Positions 63,460 through 64,000 of a stretch of DNA of 64,000 bases are shown here, piece after piece. Every line of letters begins with the position of its first letter. Positions within the stretch are counted from its first letter, which is position 1. The notes under the pieces were generated by a model that ran no database searches, was not told the DNA's origin, and saw nothing but the letters and a program-made list of their open reading frames with translations. This stretch comes from Candidatus Micrarchaeota archaeon (GTDB taxonomy: Archaea > Micrarchaeota > Micrarchaeia > Micrarchaeales > CABMGC01): positions 11,844 to 75,843 of the forward strand of contig JAJYED010000001.1 in assembly GCA_021790305.1 (NCBI GenBank). Reading direction: 5' to 3'. The translations under genes and the position numbers were made by a program.

Positions 63460-64000
63460 ATGGTAGTTTACAATAGCCCTAAAAGGACACGCAATGTAAA
63501 AGCAAAATGGAATAAGGTATATAATAAACAGAGCAACAGAAAACGCGTTCTGGTCATGAGAATACCTGACGATCCCATAGTTAGCACAGCATTATCAATA
63601 AAGAAACACATTACAAAACAATTGACATATTTAGATATAGGCTGCGGAGATGGGTTTTACGCAGTGCAGTTAACAAAGAAAGGGTTTAACTCAACAGGAA
63701 TGGATATTTCGGAAGTTGCCATAAGAAGAGCAAGACGATTCGCCAAAAAGAACAACGTCTACGTAAACTTTATTGTAGGAAACGCTTTAAGGAAAACGAT
63801 TAAAGGACAGTTTGATTTAGTAGCATCAAATTTTGTCTTACAACTTGTTAAGGAATCGTACAAGCGCAAGTTTATAGAAAACATGATGAGCCATACTGCA
63901 CCAGGTGGCTATAATGTCATAATCTTTCATACTCAACATCGTCCAAGGATAAACTCCAAGACAGGCCAGGGAGAAGATATAAGCGGCTTCCAAAAGAAGC
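63460..64000 (+). CDS. Class I SAM-dependent methyltransferase (partial, runs off window end)
   Basis: Hand translation from ATG 63460 has no stops to the window end. Motif I is YLDIGCGDGFYAV and the acidic post-I residue is in GMDISE. It is absent from the ORF track because no stop is reached. The region is AT-rich. Confidence 0.65.
   Translation, partial: MVVYNSPKRTRNVKAKWNKVYNKQSNRKRVLVMRIPDDPIVSTALSIKKHITKQLTYLDIGCGDGFYAVQLTKKGFNSTGMDISEVAIRRARRFAKKNNVYVNFIVGNALRKTIKGQFDLVASNFVLQLVKESYKRKFIENMMSHTAPGGYNVIIFHTQHRPRINSKTGQGEDISGFQKK

Overview
Archaeal chromosomal window, about 83 features called. CDS coordinates follow the supplied ORF track. RNA genes, repeats and small ORFs were indexed by hand and may be off by 1-2 nt.

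Core content is clearly archaeal:
- Ribosomal proteins uL1, uL10(P0), P1, uL11, eS6, eL40, uS13, uS4 and uS11.
- Spt5, aIF2-gamma, Top6B, RFC small subunit, CDC48, Trm5 and class II LysRS.
- Two-subunit 2-oxoacid:ferredoxin oxidoreductase, split LplB/LplA lipoate ligase, and Fe/Mn SOD.
- An orphan 5S rRNA and three tRNAs: Pro-UGG, Lys-UUU, and a Ser-GGA that only folds after removing two introns, one of them in the T-arm.

Conserved operons are fragmented, and many ORFs are sequon-rich membrane or surface proteins. A thermopsin-like protein and a Thermoplasma-style split lipoate ligase are present. From this I infer, without proof, a small-genome acidophile-associated lineage such as Micrarchaeota/DPANN-like or Thermoplasmata-related.

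The stand-out is a ~21.6 kb locus (6340-27989) flanked by core genes. It contains:
- A FlaI/VirB11-family ATPase.
- A signal-peptide plus two-helix hairpin protein that looks like a VirB2/TrbC/CedA1-type pilin, followed by a hairpin and T-run terminator.
- Six translationally coupled paralogous polytopic membrane proteins sharing an ungapped 19-residue motif.
- Two paralogous 2-TM proteins and a VirB4/TrbE-like DEAW-type ATPase.
- Small zinc-ribbon and RHH-like proteins, and an 811-aa bitopic glycoprotein.

No relaxase, coupling protein, integrase, archaellin or PilC/FlaJ platform is visible. I interpret the locus as a candidate chromosomally fixed T4SS/Ced-like cell-surface conduit with an expanded VirB6-like array.

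Secondary points:
- A scattered 7-member family of ~170-aa proteins.
- Two shuffled-domain charged paralogs with in-frame repeats.
- A four-fold TCATGA operator-like array with helical spacing.
- Two genes whose conserved N-termini lie upstream of any canonical start codon.
- A few low-GC single-gene insertions.

No CRISPR array, transposase or integrase was seen.
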